DNA of 63,448 nt, filler included, from Octopus bimaculoides (lineage: Eukaryota), in the NCBI RefSeq assembly GCF_001194135.2. It is 5 parts of 5 records of this genome, joined end to end, with 100 filler letters (N's around TTAATTAATTAA, not from the genome) between each part and the next. Parts side by side here need not be neighbours in the genome. Positions count along the whole stretch, not along the records: positions 61,696 to 63,448 come from NC_068994.1; 4 more parts are not named here. One strand, written 5' to 3'. The notes beneath the pieces were generated by a model. It did not search any database. It was not told the origin of the DNA and saw only the letters and a program-made list of their open reading frames with translations. Position numbers and translations under genes: made by a program. Shown here piece after piece: positions 63,386 through 63,448 of this stretch. Numbering within the stretch: position 1 is the stretch's first letter; each line of letters starts with the position of its first letter.

Positions 63386-63448
63386 ACGGCATGCACCACT
63401 TATGCTATGCACTATCTTTTTCGGTGTGTCTCCAAAACCTCTCTAAAT

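Overview
This is AT-rich, microsatellite-dense eukaryotic DNA with 14 N-gaps. Its repeat families point to an octopus genome (inference from recognised repeats, not a database result). No intact protein-coding gene could be identified, only a few isolated splice-flanked exon candidates. Most of the window is transposable-element debris: tRNA-derived SINEs (a CORE-like family with interchangeable 3' halves, plus two others), 3' ends of an RTE LINE, a Penelope-like element with a GIY-YIG endonuclease ORF, an R4/Dong-type endonuclease fragment, a Tx1/L1 RT fragment, mariner, hAT and CR1 relics, and several MITE/foldback elements. The most notable signal is a set of minimal type I hammerhead ribozyme (HHR) motifs from four unrelated repeat families. 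One has the core C3-G8 pair swapped to G3-C8. One sits in a Penelope pseudo-LTR that also carries a tRNA-like Pol III head. Several insertions share the same layout: an inverted copy of the element's own tail at the 5' end, in two cases inside a target-site duplication.
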